The translations under genes were made by a program, and so were the position numbers. A DNA stretch of 48,830 bases, counting the filler, from Bipalium vagum (Eukaryota): assembly GCA_037834085.1 (NCBI GenBank). It is 2 parts of 2 records of this genome, joined end to end, with 100 filler letters (N's around TTAATTAATTAA, not from the genome) between each part and the next. Parts side by side here need not be neighbours in the genome. Positions count along the whole stretch, not along the records: positions 1 to 29,238 come from JBBMKC010035359.1; 1 more part is not named here. One strand, 5' to 3'. Within the stretch, counting starts at the first letter, position 1. Each line of letters begins with the position of its first letter. Under the pieces are notes generated by a model. It ran no database searches and was not told where the DNA came from. It was given only the letters and a program-made list of their open reading frames with translations. This document shows, one piece after another, positions 13,580 to 26,339 of the stretch.

Positions 13580-14816
13580 GTTATATCAGTTATATTCTTA
13601 TTTTGTCTTTTTTAATAATAATATAAGATCAAAGCAATGATAATATTTTTCATTATTAATAATTTTCATTTGTTTAAATTTATAAATTTAAAATAATAAT
13701 ATTTTTCATTATATCCAATTACTTAAACTTTCAAACATGGACCTCACCATTTTTTAAAAATTAAATATTTTACTTTATAAAATGTTACCAACATTGATTG
13801 TTCTATTTTTATTTAAAATTTTAACAAAAAATATTAAAAAAAACTGTCATTTTAAAAATTTAATAATTTTTAAAACTTTAAGTTAAAAACAAAAAACAAT
13901 CGTTAATTTAGGTGTGAGATCCTTATTTGAAAAAAATTCAATCAAACTAATTGTTCGAACTAATCCTTATAATCTCATAAATTGTTATATATCAAATAAT
14001 AAATAAGATTTACACTTTTAGTACTACTGTTTCTATGGTAATGATGAAATTTTATTTAAAATATGGAAATATATCAAAATGTTAAATAATTTTCATTTGT
14101 TTAAATTTATAAATGATTTTCTTTAAGCAAAAATATGTGGTCTATTAAATTTACCTCATTTTTCTAAGAAATCATTTAATAAAATATATATTATTTTTGG
14201 TCACATAATTTCCATGTCCCGTACATAATTGTAAAATAAATACCATGGAAAAATATAATATTAAGTGAACTAGCACTTTTCTAAAATCATTACCCGGTAT
14301 ATTCTATGAGAAAGTGAAAGTGAAATTCTGTAGTCGTTTTCGCGTAAGATTTTTAATGTGTTTTTTTTCGTTCACAGATTTACTTTCTCCGGTTCCCAAT
14401 TAAGGAATTCGGATAAAATCAGAGTTTTTCAATGTGGTCTTTTTTGAAAAATTTAAGAAATTTACTTTTCATTGAAAAATCGTGAGATAATATTGCAAGT
14501 TTGCGTCTTAAAAAATCGGAAAGTGGAAATTATTTTTACATTATTTTATAATAAATAAATTAAAAATTATATCTGCCAATTACCAGAACACATTCAATTT
14601 CTGAATATTTCACTGGGACAAATATCAGGCGATTTTTTACTGATTTGCTACTTACAATAGACAGTAGTATTCCGTTAAGACAATAATGTCCAAAATGACA
14701 ATGGGAAACACGCACATTTCAGTTTAGTATCGCAGTAATTAAATAATATTTTTTTTTGCTTATTATTAATATATTAATATATTAATGTATGGAAGATAAG
14801 AATAATAAGTTCCAAA

Positions 14817-15715
14817 TACAGGGTGGTCTCATTAGAAAACCCAGAAATTTAGAAAAATTTTATTTTTTAGTATTTACAGCAAACATTCAGTAAATTCATA
14901 TACCATATCAAAATGGTTTCCTTGCACAGCTTCCCATTTCATTAACCATGGAATCCAAGCTCCTGTTGCATTTCCGAGTGCGGCTTGTGTAATGTTATTC
15001 TAAGCATCTAGCAATATGAGTTTCAGATCATCAAATGCATTTGTATTAAGACGATTTTTCTGAGTTTCTGTCAGTAACAAAATCAAAATACATTAATCCA
15101 TCACATTGAGATCTGGACACTTCACAAGAAGGCAACGTTATGCTTGGCAGTGTGGGCTTCAGCACTATCTGGATGTAATATCCATGATTCATTTTCCATC
15201 GCATTCTTTTTATCTTTAAACATTAGAGGACACAATTTAAATAATAAATAAATATTATATTTTGATTTACACTTTTCCTTTTGCAACGCGAAAAATGCTA
15301 TTGATATGAATTGAAGCCTTCAATAAATCTCAGTTATGTTTTCCCATAATAGAAATACTGCACATAACGAAATAGAGAAAGTTTGAAATTTTCATATTCA
15401 ACTAGTAAATCTTCTTTGGATACATCAGTTTTTACTCTTACCTCTTATTTTTATACAGGACTTCGGTTTATATTGTTTATGAACATTAGAAACGAATATC
15501 TTCGATATTTTCATTTCCCGGACGATTTTTCTTTGGTTCAAGTGACTTCTTTCAGTATCTCCTACATGAAAGGGTGATAAAGCTAAAGCCCTCATGTTTT
15601 GACGTTTCTTATTTAGGGGTCTTGTTCCATGGATCTTTTTTATAACTGGGAACAGGATTGTCAAATTGATGTTTTGTAATGTTTGAAGGGTTAGTAACAA
15701 ATGACCACCCCAATA
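14817..15715 (-). mobile_element. Decayed maT/DD37D-like Tc1/mariner element
   Basis: Left end TACAGGGTGGTCTCATT, degenerate right end (reverse complement TATTGGGGTGGTCATTT). Minus frames give WILHPDSAEAHTAK and CPDLNVMD (SPDLNPMD-type), plus N-terminal NQRKIVREMKISK. Confidence 0.72.
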
Positions 15716-15744
15716 TTAGTAATGGAATAAGAGTTTGTCTTTTA

Positions 15745-16111
15745 TTGTCGCAAAAACCGTTGATGAGGCTATAAAACAGTTGAAATGGGATGTCTTACCC
15801 CACCCGTCATACTCTCCAGACATTGCTCCGTCGGATTATCATTTATTCCGTTCGATGGCACATGGTCTGTCAGAGCCCAGCTTTATGACTTATGAGGATG
15901 TAAAAAATGGCTAGATCATTGGATTGCCTCTAAGTCAAATAATTCTTTTTATGATAGCATACATAAACTGCCACAACTTTGGGAAAACGTTGTCATGAGT
16001 GAAGGAAATTATTTTTAATAAAAATCTTTTATAAATTTTCTTTGGTTGTTTTTTATTTATTTGATTTTAAATAAGGGTAAAAACGGGGGAGTCATATTTG
16101 TAGACCTATTA
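15745..16111 (+). mobile_element. Mariner 3' end (mauritiana-like) with TIR
   Basis: [32 protein letters not shown]...IHKLPQLWENVVMSEGNYF*, followed by TIR aaacgggggagtcatatttgtagacctat-ta. Confidence 0.92.
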
Positions 16112-16692
16112 ATATAAATATTAACAAAACAATGTTTAATGAAAAGTAGATGGTCATTGGACAAAATATATTTTAATATACGTTAGGTATTATATTAACT
16201 ATTATAAAGCGTGAAAAATTCAATTTCAATAAAAATCATTTCAAAGTTTTTTTGTATGTCAATTATTAAAGTTTGTTTAAGCATGCTTAAGTGAAACATA
16301 TTTGAAATTCTTTTATCAGTTTTGGCTGGTTGTATTATTATAATGTATTACATTATAGAATATTATCAAATAAAAATTATTTAAATTATTTATAGTGAGG
16401 TCTTACGAGAAATTTGAAGATGTTACATAACAATTGTTTATATATATATGACAGAATATATAACATCAATTATTAAAATGATAAGAAGAAATACCAGATT
16501 GCTGAAAAATTGCATAATTAAGCAACTGGGTTAACCGGGACATCAGAAAAAAGCAATTAAAAAAGATCCCTTTGATACTGCTTCTGAATATTAATAAAGA
16601 ATCAAAAGGATATGAAAATAGATTAAAGATATAATCCTGAAACGATGCTTAAGTATGTGGGTTGAAATCGTCAAGGTTGGAGACGATTTATA

Positions 16693-17384
16693 CAGAGTGT
16701 ATAAAAAGTAAATATCCGATTTGTAAGCTCAGCAAAAATTTTATAATTCAATTAAATACAACTGATTCAAATTTTCAATAAAATAGGACTACAATTTCAG
16801 GTATTTGTTAAATTGCTTAAAAAATTTGAAATATATAAATACGTAATATTTAAATTTTAGAAGATGATCGATATTGTCGAAAGTATTAGAATTGTATTAC
16901 TTATGGCTAAGATGGGACCAGTTACGTCTGTTAGACGGCATTTGTAACATTTAAAATGCAAAAATATACCAACAGCGAGAAGTATGAGAAAGATCTTTGC
17001 AAAGTTTAAAGAAATAGGTGGTGTTATTGATATTTCAAAGTCCGGAAGACCATCACTTGAAGATGGGAAAGTGGATAAAATTAGTAAAATCTATGAGGAA
17101 ATACCTTATACCTCAGTAAGAATTTCTGCTAAGAAAGTTGGATGCAGTTATAAAACTACACAATATACTGCAAGAAGAACTTCAACTTTATCCACACAAG
17201 ATTCAAAGAAGAAGCATCTAAGACAAATTCAACAATGTGTAAAAATGCTTTGAATTGTTTTTATCATTGCTTACATAAGTGTATCAGTGTTAATGGAGAA
17301 TCTGTTGAAAAAATTGGCTGTCTAATTTAAATATATTTAACAGTATGACAATTTAAAATGGGATACTTACTTTTTACACACCTG
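16693..17384 (+). mobile_element. Non-autonomous (internally deleted) rosa/DD41D-like element with paired TIRs and TA TSD
   Basis: Left TA-CAGAGTGTATAAAAAGTAAATATCCGATTT matches right (reverse complement) TA-CAGGTGTGTAAAAAGTAAGTATCCCATTT. Encodes HTH region MRKIFAKFKEIGGVIDISKSGRPS..PYTSVRISAKKVG. No DDD domain. Confidence 0.85.
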
Positions 17385-17509
17385 TAAAATAAGATAATTA
17401 CCTTAATCATTATTATTATAATCAATTGTTAGAGAAATCAAATATAGGAACTTCAGTTGAGAATAAATGAGAAATATTATTACATTATTACAGAAACATT
17501 ATTACAGAG

Positions 17510-17745
17510 TCAACTTTGAATTTGGAATTCCTTTCTCCCTATTCTTATATGCTTAACCCAATTGAGAATGTATTCTCAAAGGTTAAAGCATATGTGAGGA
17601 GTCATATATCGGCAGAAGTGAGTCTTGTTGATTTAATACACCAAGGAATGGATACAATATCACTGAATGATTGTGGAGGATATGTCATGAAAATGACCCG
17701 CAAATTATAAATTGCAGTCTCTGGTCAGCCAATGCCTATGGATTA
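17510..17745 (+). mobile_element. Tc1/IS630-like DDE transposase 3' fragment
   Basis: LEFLSPYSYMLNPIENVFSKVKAYVR corresponds to the (Y)LPPYSPxLNPIE catalytic-Glu motif. Confidence 0.8.
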
Positions 17746-17817
17746 AAAATTTTATCCCTATCATGTTTATTAATAAATCTATCCATTTGTTTCTTTCATT
17801 AGTTATTAGTTTCATAA

Positions 17818-17917
17818 AAAATGAAAAAGTTTAATTCAAAATGAAAAAAGTTTAATTCAAAATGAAAAAGTTTAATTTAAAGTGAGAGGTTTAATTTAAA
17901 TTGAAAATGGTATAATC
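17818..17917 (+). repeat. About 20-bp tandem repeat (aaaatgaaaaagtttaattc), 4-5 decaying copies
   Basis: Three near-identical units followed by two degenerate ones, just downstream of the Tc1-like fragment. Confidence 0.85.
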
Positions 17918-19679
17918 AATTATGGATTACGAAATTTTAAATATCCAGTCAAGAACTTCAGTGGGGATTCCACGGAATTTACACATTTTATGTTTGATAT
18001 ACATAACACTTGATTTTTATTGGCAATAGATTAAAATATATAAGTAAATTCTAAATTTGGGCTGCCTAGAATAACTAAATTGATGATGAGAACATTTGCA
18101 AAAATTTCCACAAACCATTGATTATCAACAGTCACTGTGAACTCAGATATATTTAACTCAGTATTACAAAAAATCTATACTGGTTAGCTTTTAGAACCAG
18201 CAATATAAAAAAGAATTATTTGTCAATAGGAAGCCTGATATACACTCTATTCATGAACCTGTTGGAACTGAAACATATTCATTGCATGTTCTTTGATGAA
18301 ATCCAGAACTATCTGGTTGTCAATAACAATATCATTAGACAATTCTTTGAAAAAAAACGTAAAAAATACATCTATTAGGTTTCGTATGAATGTGTGTATT
18401 TTATCCAAGTATGACTCTTTAAGTAAGTGCACCGATCACAAAAAATAAAACAAACAAAAATGATTTTCAAATTTCTTATTTTAATTACAATTTTTACAAA
18501 TTTTTAAAAGTTTTTACACTGTGATCAAAATGACACTAATTAATCAGAGAAGATATCAATCTGTACTAGAAAATAATCTGCACCGCCCTGAAATAAAAAA
18601 ATCAAATCTGATAACTAGTTTATCCGACCGTAATTGTCGGAAATTAACTGAAAGAGAAATTAAGAGAGAGGAATTTAATTTTTTAAAGACAGAAACGGGA
18701 ATTAATATTCACGTTCTGTTTAATTTATTTAATTAATTAGTTATAGTGAATATAATAATTCACTTACACTTGTTTTTATATATTTTTTGAGTTATAATAA
18801 ACTCTAATAGGCTTTTATCTTTTTCAAAGTTTTAACTTTAGTTACAATAAACCAAATTTTATGAATTTTGAAGTCAAATTTTTATGATTTTTCCTTTAGT
18901 ATTTATACTATTTTCCTGTGATGTGTGTTGGTGTTCCTACTACTGTCATTGGTGTTTTTAAATGAAGTTACTCCTTTTTCCTTTTGACGTCATTATCCAT
19001 ATTTGTCGCAATCATATATATTTTTTAACAAACAATTACTTGACGTAATCACTTATTTTTACCTATTACTATTACTATTAAAAATTAAATATTATTATTC
19101 TTCCATCATTATCATTATTATTATTATTATTAGTTTAATTTAATGTATTTTCTATAAAGTCCTTGTGGGACTTAATTCTTAAAAACCAATTAGTCTTTTA
19201 TAATTTACTCCTTGATAAATTATAATTTGTCCACATTAAGGGATTAATCCTAATTGCCTTTATTAATTAATTTTCCTTGCCAATTTATTATTCTTCCACA
19301 TAGGTTTTTATTTTTTTTAATTATTTATTATTCTTTAGACATCCGGCTGTCTCCAAAACCTATATTATTTATGTGGATGTGTCAAGTGGATATGCCTAAA
19401 AGTAATATTATTATTAATTCTTTTATTCTTAAAATTTATTTATTTTATTTTATAAAATTTCTTATAACATGAACTAGATCATAAACAAAGTCATAATTAA
19501 ATAAAATAATAAAGATAACATATTTGATGATTTCCACCATTGTATCTAATTGACATTGATTAACATTCAATGAGTGTTTCTCCTTGATAAAGCTTTTATC
19601 TCTTTTTCTTTTTAACTGATGATTCTCACATCTAAAATAAAACTTTTCATCATCGAGAGAAGCAATCTTAAATGATAAT

Positions 19680-21141
19680 TTTCCAAAGATTATTGCTGAG
19701 TATGCACCCCAGAATATTACAAAGGAGATGAAACGGAACTCTATTTTCGTTCAAAACTTTAAAAGACCAAGTGATAATTCTTTATTGTGCTAATGTGGAA
19801 GATGAGAAGAGACTTATTACTAATTGAAAAAGGTAAAAATATCCTCGGTGTTTTAAAGGTGTTCAAAGTTTGCCTCTTAATTATGATTCTGGTCAAAATG
19901 CATGAATGACTAGTGTAATTTTTAACAATTGATTGGTTAAATGGGATCTCCTAAATTGTCTTAGTAATAGTAATTGAAAGTACAGATTACGTTATATTTG
20001 AATATTTTGGTATTACCATTGAATGAAAAACCTGTTACGCCAATGCTATTTAAGGTAACTGAGATTTTTTATTTGTATTTTAATAACTGCGTTTATTATT
20101 TACAGGTCTCTGAATTAGAAAGTTTCAATAATGCTTGTAGTTTTCTGTGGGATGGAAAAATTGCATACAAAAAAAAGAAAATATTTTTTCAGGCTTCATG
20201 TTTCTTGCTTTTAGAAAATTAAAAGCCATGTATCCAAATTGAACATAAACCAGCATATACTTATGCACATAAAAATCCGGTCTCTATTAATAGATAAAGC
20301 TGCACAGCACATCGAATCAATATACCATTAAAGAATATCAAAATTATTTACTTACCTTCAAATACTACATAGTTAATGCAGCCATGCGATCAAGGCATTA
20401 TGCGAATTTTAAAAACTTATTGTCGCAAAGAAATACGTGCACGATTCATAACTGAACTTGATAATCCAGATCCATTTGATGCAAATGGAATTACAAAAGC
20501 ATTTTTCATCCTTGATGCATTGCACGTGATATCAATGTCGTGGAAGCATATTGCTGATAACTCAATCATAAACTGCTTCTTAAAGTGGATTTTTAAAACT
20601 AGATTCTAAATTTCAAGACTTTTATGATGTTGCTAGCGATATCTTGGATTAACAACCAGATTCTATATCAAAAGAAAAATTTGATAATTGGTTAATAATG
20701 ATAATCATATTAATAATGATGTCAAACCACAGTAGCAGTAATGACATCATACATTTATCAATCTGTTATAGATTCTAGTATCACTTAAAAATGAAGATAA
20801 AATTGAAAAGGTAATTAAAGAAACTCTATTAACTGATTCTCAAATTCAAAAAGCTTTTAAAAAAATTCGCCTCAGTCTTTAACATCCAGCGAAAAACTAT
20901 GAGAAACATTATGGATATAAATAATTTATTAAGAAATTATTGGACACAAAGAAACTAGAGAATATTTCAAATAAAATAGTTTTTATGAAATGTGATTTTA
21001 AAAGGTAATACATCTTAAAAGAAATGTTGATATAATAAAATTAATAGAAGCAGATATATATGGTAATTCTTTATATCCTTCGGCTAATGTTATCAAAAGT
21101 AATAAGTCTCAATGTGATTACATTAAGCAGATTCTACTGTA
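19680..21141 (+). mobile_element. Decayed pogo/Tigger (TIGD/CENP-B-like DDE_1) transposon with 3' TIR
   Basis: GDETELYF, PRCFKGVQSLPLNY..NA*MTSVIF, LLIDKA, IIYLPSNTT*LMQPCDQGIMRILKTYCR, ILDALHVISMSWKHI..IINCF. The right TIR reverse complement is TA-CAGTAGAATCTGCTTAATGTAATCA. Confidence 0.9.
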
Positions 21142-22440
21142 ATAATAAAAATCGATAATTATTATAAAAATTTTCGATCAGTAATAACCATTGTACAAAT
21201 ATCTAAAGAAAGAAATAAAAATCAATCGATAAATTTATTGAAATCAAATATATTAATCAGATTGCCGACCAATGAGAAGAATTCGCAGATTGATGCCTAG
21301 GTATTTGTAAGGCTAAGATTGATTATAGTAACCTTTTCTTTCTGTTGATAGTCATAGTGACTTAGAGTTTGTGGTCAATGTCGTTAGAAATATTATCATC
21401 ATATATATATCATTATATGTGACATACTTAAGAATATGTTTTACTTTCACGTGGAAATATCCTGCTGATCGGTCTCCTGTCGAAGCAGCTCCATAATCTT
21501 TTTTCTACAATATAAAGCCCTTGAAGACTTCGAATGAAACTAAGTTCACTGAACGAGATCGTTCCTTTTCCTGAAATCACAAAGGGTGTGAAAATGGTTA
21601 GAAGCAGTCAGAATATGCCTACCAAAATCGTGGATCGAGTTATATAATCTAGAAACCTTATTGTAAACAGAAATCCAATCTGCATAACGTATTCCAACAT
21701 GATAGATAACGCCTCATCGTAAAGAAAAACAGCCTGGCACGATGAACAAACTTAAGTTTGCCCTTATCAATGAACGAAGTAATCTTGGATTAGTATTTGT
21801 GGAATTTTTAAATTAGAATAATTTTTTCTCAAACGCGCGAAGTTCTTAAATTTATTTAAACAATCAAAAATTAAATACAAATTAAGAATTTTATTAATTT
21901 ATTATTAATTTAATTATATTAATTTAATGTAATAGAATTATAATTTACATTTTAAATACAGTAAAAAGTAATGATAAATATGTGATTTGAAAAATTATAA
22001 CAATATTAAAGTGATGCAGTTAAAGATGGTAAGTATTAGTTTTAAATAAATTTACGTTTGGTGTGAATTATTGAACTATACTAATACGATCGATTCCGTT
22101 ATTAATTCAGCTATATAAAACGGTTTGCAATAAATTTTGAATTAGATGGTGACGGTTATGGATCTATATGTAAGACTAAAGATGAAGCAGCATTCTTTAA
22201 GAGTACCATTAACAAAGTCAATTAAGAGTCCAATTAACAACGAATAGACCACGTGTAAATGAAACTCTTATGTATTATTTATTTTTTAATTTAAGAATCG
22301 TTAGCAAAAAGCATGAGGTTATATATTTATCTCGTAAAGTTGCTTAGTCATATCTTTTGATGAAAAATTTTATTTGTGCATTTAATTGAGATGCTCTGAC
22401 GTTAAATAGGTCTATTCGGAAGATGGCTATGCCCTAAACA

Positions 22441-22945
22441 TATTAGATTGTTTGGAAAGTAATTATCTTTTTTGCGTTGAGGTTTTAGAATTCATTTAAA
22501 GTATCAAAACAAGTTATTATCAATAATAATAATAAAAATTTCAATATCGATTACATTAATCCATATATCAAGTAGATTATTAGGTAAAATTGTTTAAATA
22601 TATGAAATAAATTTTTAAGGTTGGAAATTTAATATAAAATTTTTCGGCATATTTTACCGTTTATTTCCGAAAAAGGAAATAATGCCATAAATATCAGAAG
22701 AAAATGATGTGCGGTATACGAAGAACAAGCAATAAGCCAACGGCAATACCAAACGTGATTCACTCACTTCTTTGCAAATATGAAAAAGAAGCTTTATGCG
22801 ATGGAATCCTGAAATTTTCAGACAGATGGCAGAAGGTGTTGGATAAAACTGACAATATGTTGTTCACTGAAATATTTTTATTAATAAAAAATTTAACCTT
22901 GAATTTTATTGTAAAAACGGAAGTAACTTTCCGAACATCCTAATA
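22441..22945 (+). mobile_element. MITE-like internally deleted mariner (mellifera-like) with paired TIRs
   Basis: Left TATTAGATTGTTTGGAAAGTAAT matches right (reverse complement) TATTAGGATGTTCGGAAAGTTAC. Residual FRHIL..KGNNA..CAVY N-terminus and DGILKFSDRWQKVLD C-terminus. Confidence 0.85.
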
Positions 22946-22949
22946 TATT

Positions 22950-23075
22950 TGAAGACAGGAATCTCAAAAGATTCTGTTCACCGAAATCTGAAGTGCTGTA
23001 ATATGAAATGCTACATACCGAGGTTAGCTCACATTATTAATGATAGTGTGTATACATTATTTGAGACACCCTGTA
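22950..23075 (+). mobile_element. Short rosa/Tc3-like transposon fragment with TIR
   Basis: TGISKDSVHRNLKCCNMKCY HTH remnant, ending tgagacaccctg-ta (reverse complement TACAGGGTGTCTCA). Confidence 0.65.
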
Positions 23076-24548
23076 TATCATAAATAATTCTCCGATTAAT
23101 TTTCAACTAACAATCTTAACTAAAGAAATAATTATTAGAATCTGAAATATGTGAAGAATATTCTAAAATTAAAATCAACAAAATATCTTTTTATTTAATT
23201 AATTTAAAATTAATAAAACAATCATTATTTTTAACTAAAGTTAAAAGGTTAAATAAATTTGAAAAATCAGATAAGAAATCATGTATAAAATGATGACGAT
23301 GGGAATTTTAAAAAAACCTAATTCTAGGAGAATAATAATAAAATAATATGAAAAAGGTATTTGAATTTAAAATATCATTTTAGGTCATTTAAATTTATAA
23401 ACTTTTCTCAATAAATTTTTCATCACATAAATCGATAAAATTATTATTTATATGTATAATTCTTAATAATTACGATTTGTTTTTGTTTATTTTATTGAAT
23501 ATTTTCTATAAAATTTATTTTTATAATTAAATATTCTCACTCTAAGAGAATCAATCTGAATTTTTATTTATTTAATTATTTTTAAATTAAATATTTTCTG
23601 AATTATTTGAAGCTTTATTTTAGGATATTCTCATTGATCTATAAAAATTTTTATTATAAAAATTAATGAAATTATTAAATAAGTAAATCATTTTTATTGC
23701 TTTATTCAATAAATTTCTCATAAATATAATTTTTACAGTGCTTTTCTTAAAATTTAAATTAGAGCAGGAAACCAAACCTATTGGTCATAATGTAGTTATA
23801 CTATTGTTGAATATAATAATTTCTATTTTTTAATCACAAAAAGAATTCTTTAATGACTAATTTTTTTAAAAATTTTATATAAAAATAATAATTTAAATAA
23901 GTAAAAAGTTTTCCTTTTAATTTTTTGCAGTAATTCCAAACAAATATTTTATTAAAATATCTATTTTGTATATATAATATCTATTTTATTATAATTATCT
24001 GTCTTCTTGCAGAAAATCCTTACTCATAATTTATTTATATTGAAAATTCTACTTTAAACAGATTTTTGATATCATCAATTATTTTTGTAAAAATCTGTTT
24101 TTTCATAGTATTTGTAAAACAGTAGTAAAAATAAAAAAAAACAAATAGATTATTTAGCAAAATAGTTCAATTTTAGGAAGTGTTAATAGTTTGTAAACTA
24201 TTTAATGAAAGATTTATAAAATAAAACAGGTTTACGATAAGTGATTTTTTACAATAAAAAATATTAACTTATTTTTAAAAGAATATTTTTATTATCAATG
24301 TTATATAATGACATAAATTTACTGTTCATAAAATTCATCTTGATAAAATGATAAAATTCAATGCACAAATACAATTTGACGGCTTGTCAGTAAATAATAA
24401 ACTTAATTTTAAGAAAATTAATAAAATGAAATATGGATATATCATATATTTATAAACAGATGTTTTTGTTTATCTGCAATGTAAAACGTAAATTTGCAGT
24501 AGTAAAGTTCCAAATTTAATTTCTTTGCAAATTATCCATAATCTTAAA

Positions 24549-26339
24549 ATGGACAACTTGTTTGATTATTATAACTCGTTAGATTCAAAATTAAAGAAGA
24601 AAAGTAAATTCAATGACAGTCTTAAATACTTGGAGAAAGTTACTGGAATTCCGAGGACAAAATTATTCTTAGGTAATTAGTTATGTTTCTTTTCAGTAAT
24701 TAAAGAATTTCCTTTTAATCATAATTTAATTTCTTTTCTTTATTAAGGTGCAGTAGCAATAGTCATTTTTTATATTATATTCGGTCCATATGCCATTACA
24801 TTTGTCAACATTCTCGGTTTCCTTTATCCTGCCTATGAATCGTTAGAGAGTATTATTACTTGACATTGATAGTTAAATAATTAGATTGAATATGATCGAG
24901 AGTCGTGATAAAATCGACGATATTAAATGGATGACATATTGGGCAATTTATTCATATGCTTTCCTCATGGAACATTTACTGGAACGGGCTTTGACTTTAA
25001 TTCCATTTTATGCCATCTTAAAAGTCAGTAAATTTCAAATTAAACTTTTCTCGTAATTCTTGAAATAGCATTAAATTAAATTAACCATAATACCGACCGA
25101 AATTAATTAAATGAAAATAATTTATAATATGTTTGATATTGATTAAAAACAGTCGTTGAAAGCAAAATATTTTCTAATGAATTCCCAAAATATCGTGACC
25201 AATAATAACATGCGGAAATCTTTAATATATGTTTTAAATAAATTTATCCTCAAAATAAATAAAGAAAAAAAAATTTTCTTCTAAAACCGATTTATTATCA
25301 TAAAATACTGTGAATAATGCACTGTCATTTTTATGAAATGTTCACTTTCAAAAAAATATTATATAATAATATTACTTATTATATTTATGTAAGTTTTTCA
25401 TTTTAAAATAATTTCTTAGATAATTTAGTCAGTTTTAATTAATAATTTAAGCGGTAGTGATAATTGGTTAATAGAAACTCTATTGGGTATTTTGAAGTCT
25501 TAAAAATTGGAAAACTTGGTTTCAGATGCTGATTCTTTTTTAGATCTTGTAATATTGTGCTGCCTTTGTTTCATTTTCTGCATAACTCTAGTAATAGTGC
25601 AAAATTAGATTTAAGAGCGAACAGTTAAAATTACTCTATTTAGTTTTTCGATTAGAAATTATAGAATTTCTAAAAAGACTGGACAATGTTTTAATCGAAA
25701 GATAAAGCTCATTATTCAAAATGCGCATTATCTTGTAAAGTTTTAAAGAATTTCAAAACGACGTTGAAATTAAAAACCTGTTTCCCTTGACCTGTTTATG
25801 AAGAATTGATTACTATCAAAGTTTTAATCCCAGAAACAAGAGGCAAAATATGGATAACAATCACAAGTTTCAAGAAGTTCTTAATATTAGAGGCTAATAT
25901 TCTGATTTCCAAATAATATGTTACATTAGGAAATATGTAGAATTCAACCCAGTTTATTATTATGTGCTATTAAAAATGCATAAGATCGATTAAAATAAAG
26001 TGGATTAACTTATGAATATTCATAACTTGATAAAAAATACAGAATATATAAATCAAACAATTGATTATTGAAACTCAGGTTCACAATTATGTTTATCTGT
26101 TTTTAGTGTGGCTTTTTGCTTAATTGTATGATATCCCACAATTGGAACGGATCTCTTATCATATATAAACACGTTCTTCGACCACTGATCTTGCAAAACA
26201 AGAAAAACATCGACCAGGCCGTTTCATCAATAACTTCGGAAGCCAAAGAATTCTTAACCAAAGGTTAAAGTCCTTTTTCATTCTTATTTATCTTAGATAA
26301 ATTTTGAACAACTTTGTTTTTTCAGTTAATACTCACTGA
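24549..26339 (+). CDS. REEP5: REEP5/6-like (DP1/Yop1, TB2/DP1/HVA22 family) ER membrane-shaping protein, 5 exons, 175 aa
   Basis: Exons 24549-24672, 24748-24841, 24885-25023, 26107-26263, 26326-26339, all GT-AG with phases 1,2,0,1; 528 nt. MDNLFDYYNSLDSKLKKKSKFNDSLKYLEKVTGIPRTKLFLGAVAIVIFYIIFGPYAITFVNILGFLYPAYESLNMIESRDKIDDIKWMTYWAIYSYAFLMEHLLERALTLIPFYAILKCGFLLNCMISHNWNGSLIIYKHVLRPLILQNKKNIDQAVSSITSEAKEFLTKVNTH*. Carries the hallmark GFxYPAY, DDxxWxTYW, PFY and NG motifs. Confidence 0.95.

Noticed and set aside
17818-17917. CRISPR-like short repeat array
   Set aside because: The units are head-to-tail with no spacers, there are no cas genes, and the context is eukaryotic.
17930-18432. Coding-looking minus frame (HLLKESYLDKIH...)
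   Set aside because: Several in-frame stops, no splice acceptor and no recognisable family.
9556-19472. F/I/L/N/K-rich ORFs (9556-9780, 18521-18736, 19254-19472)
   Set aside because: These are compositional artefacts of AT-rich DNA with no motifs.
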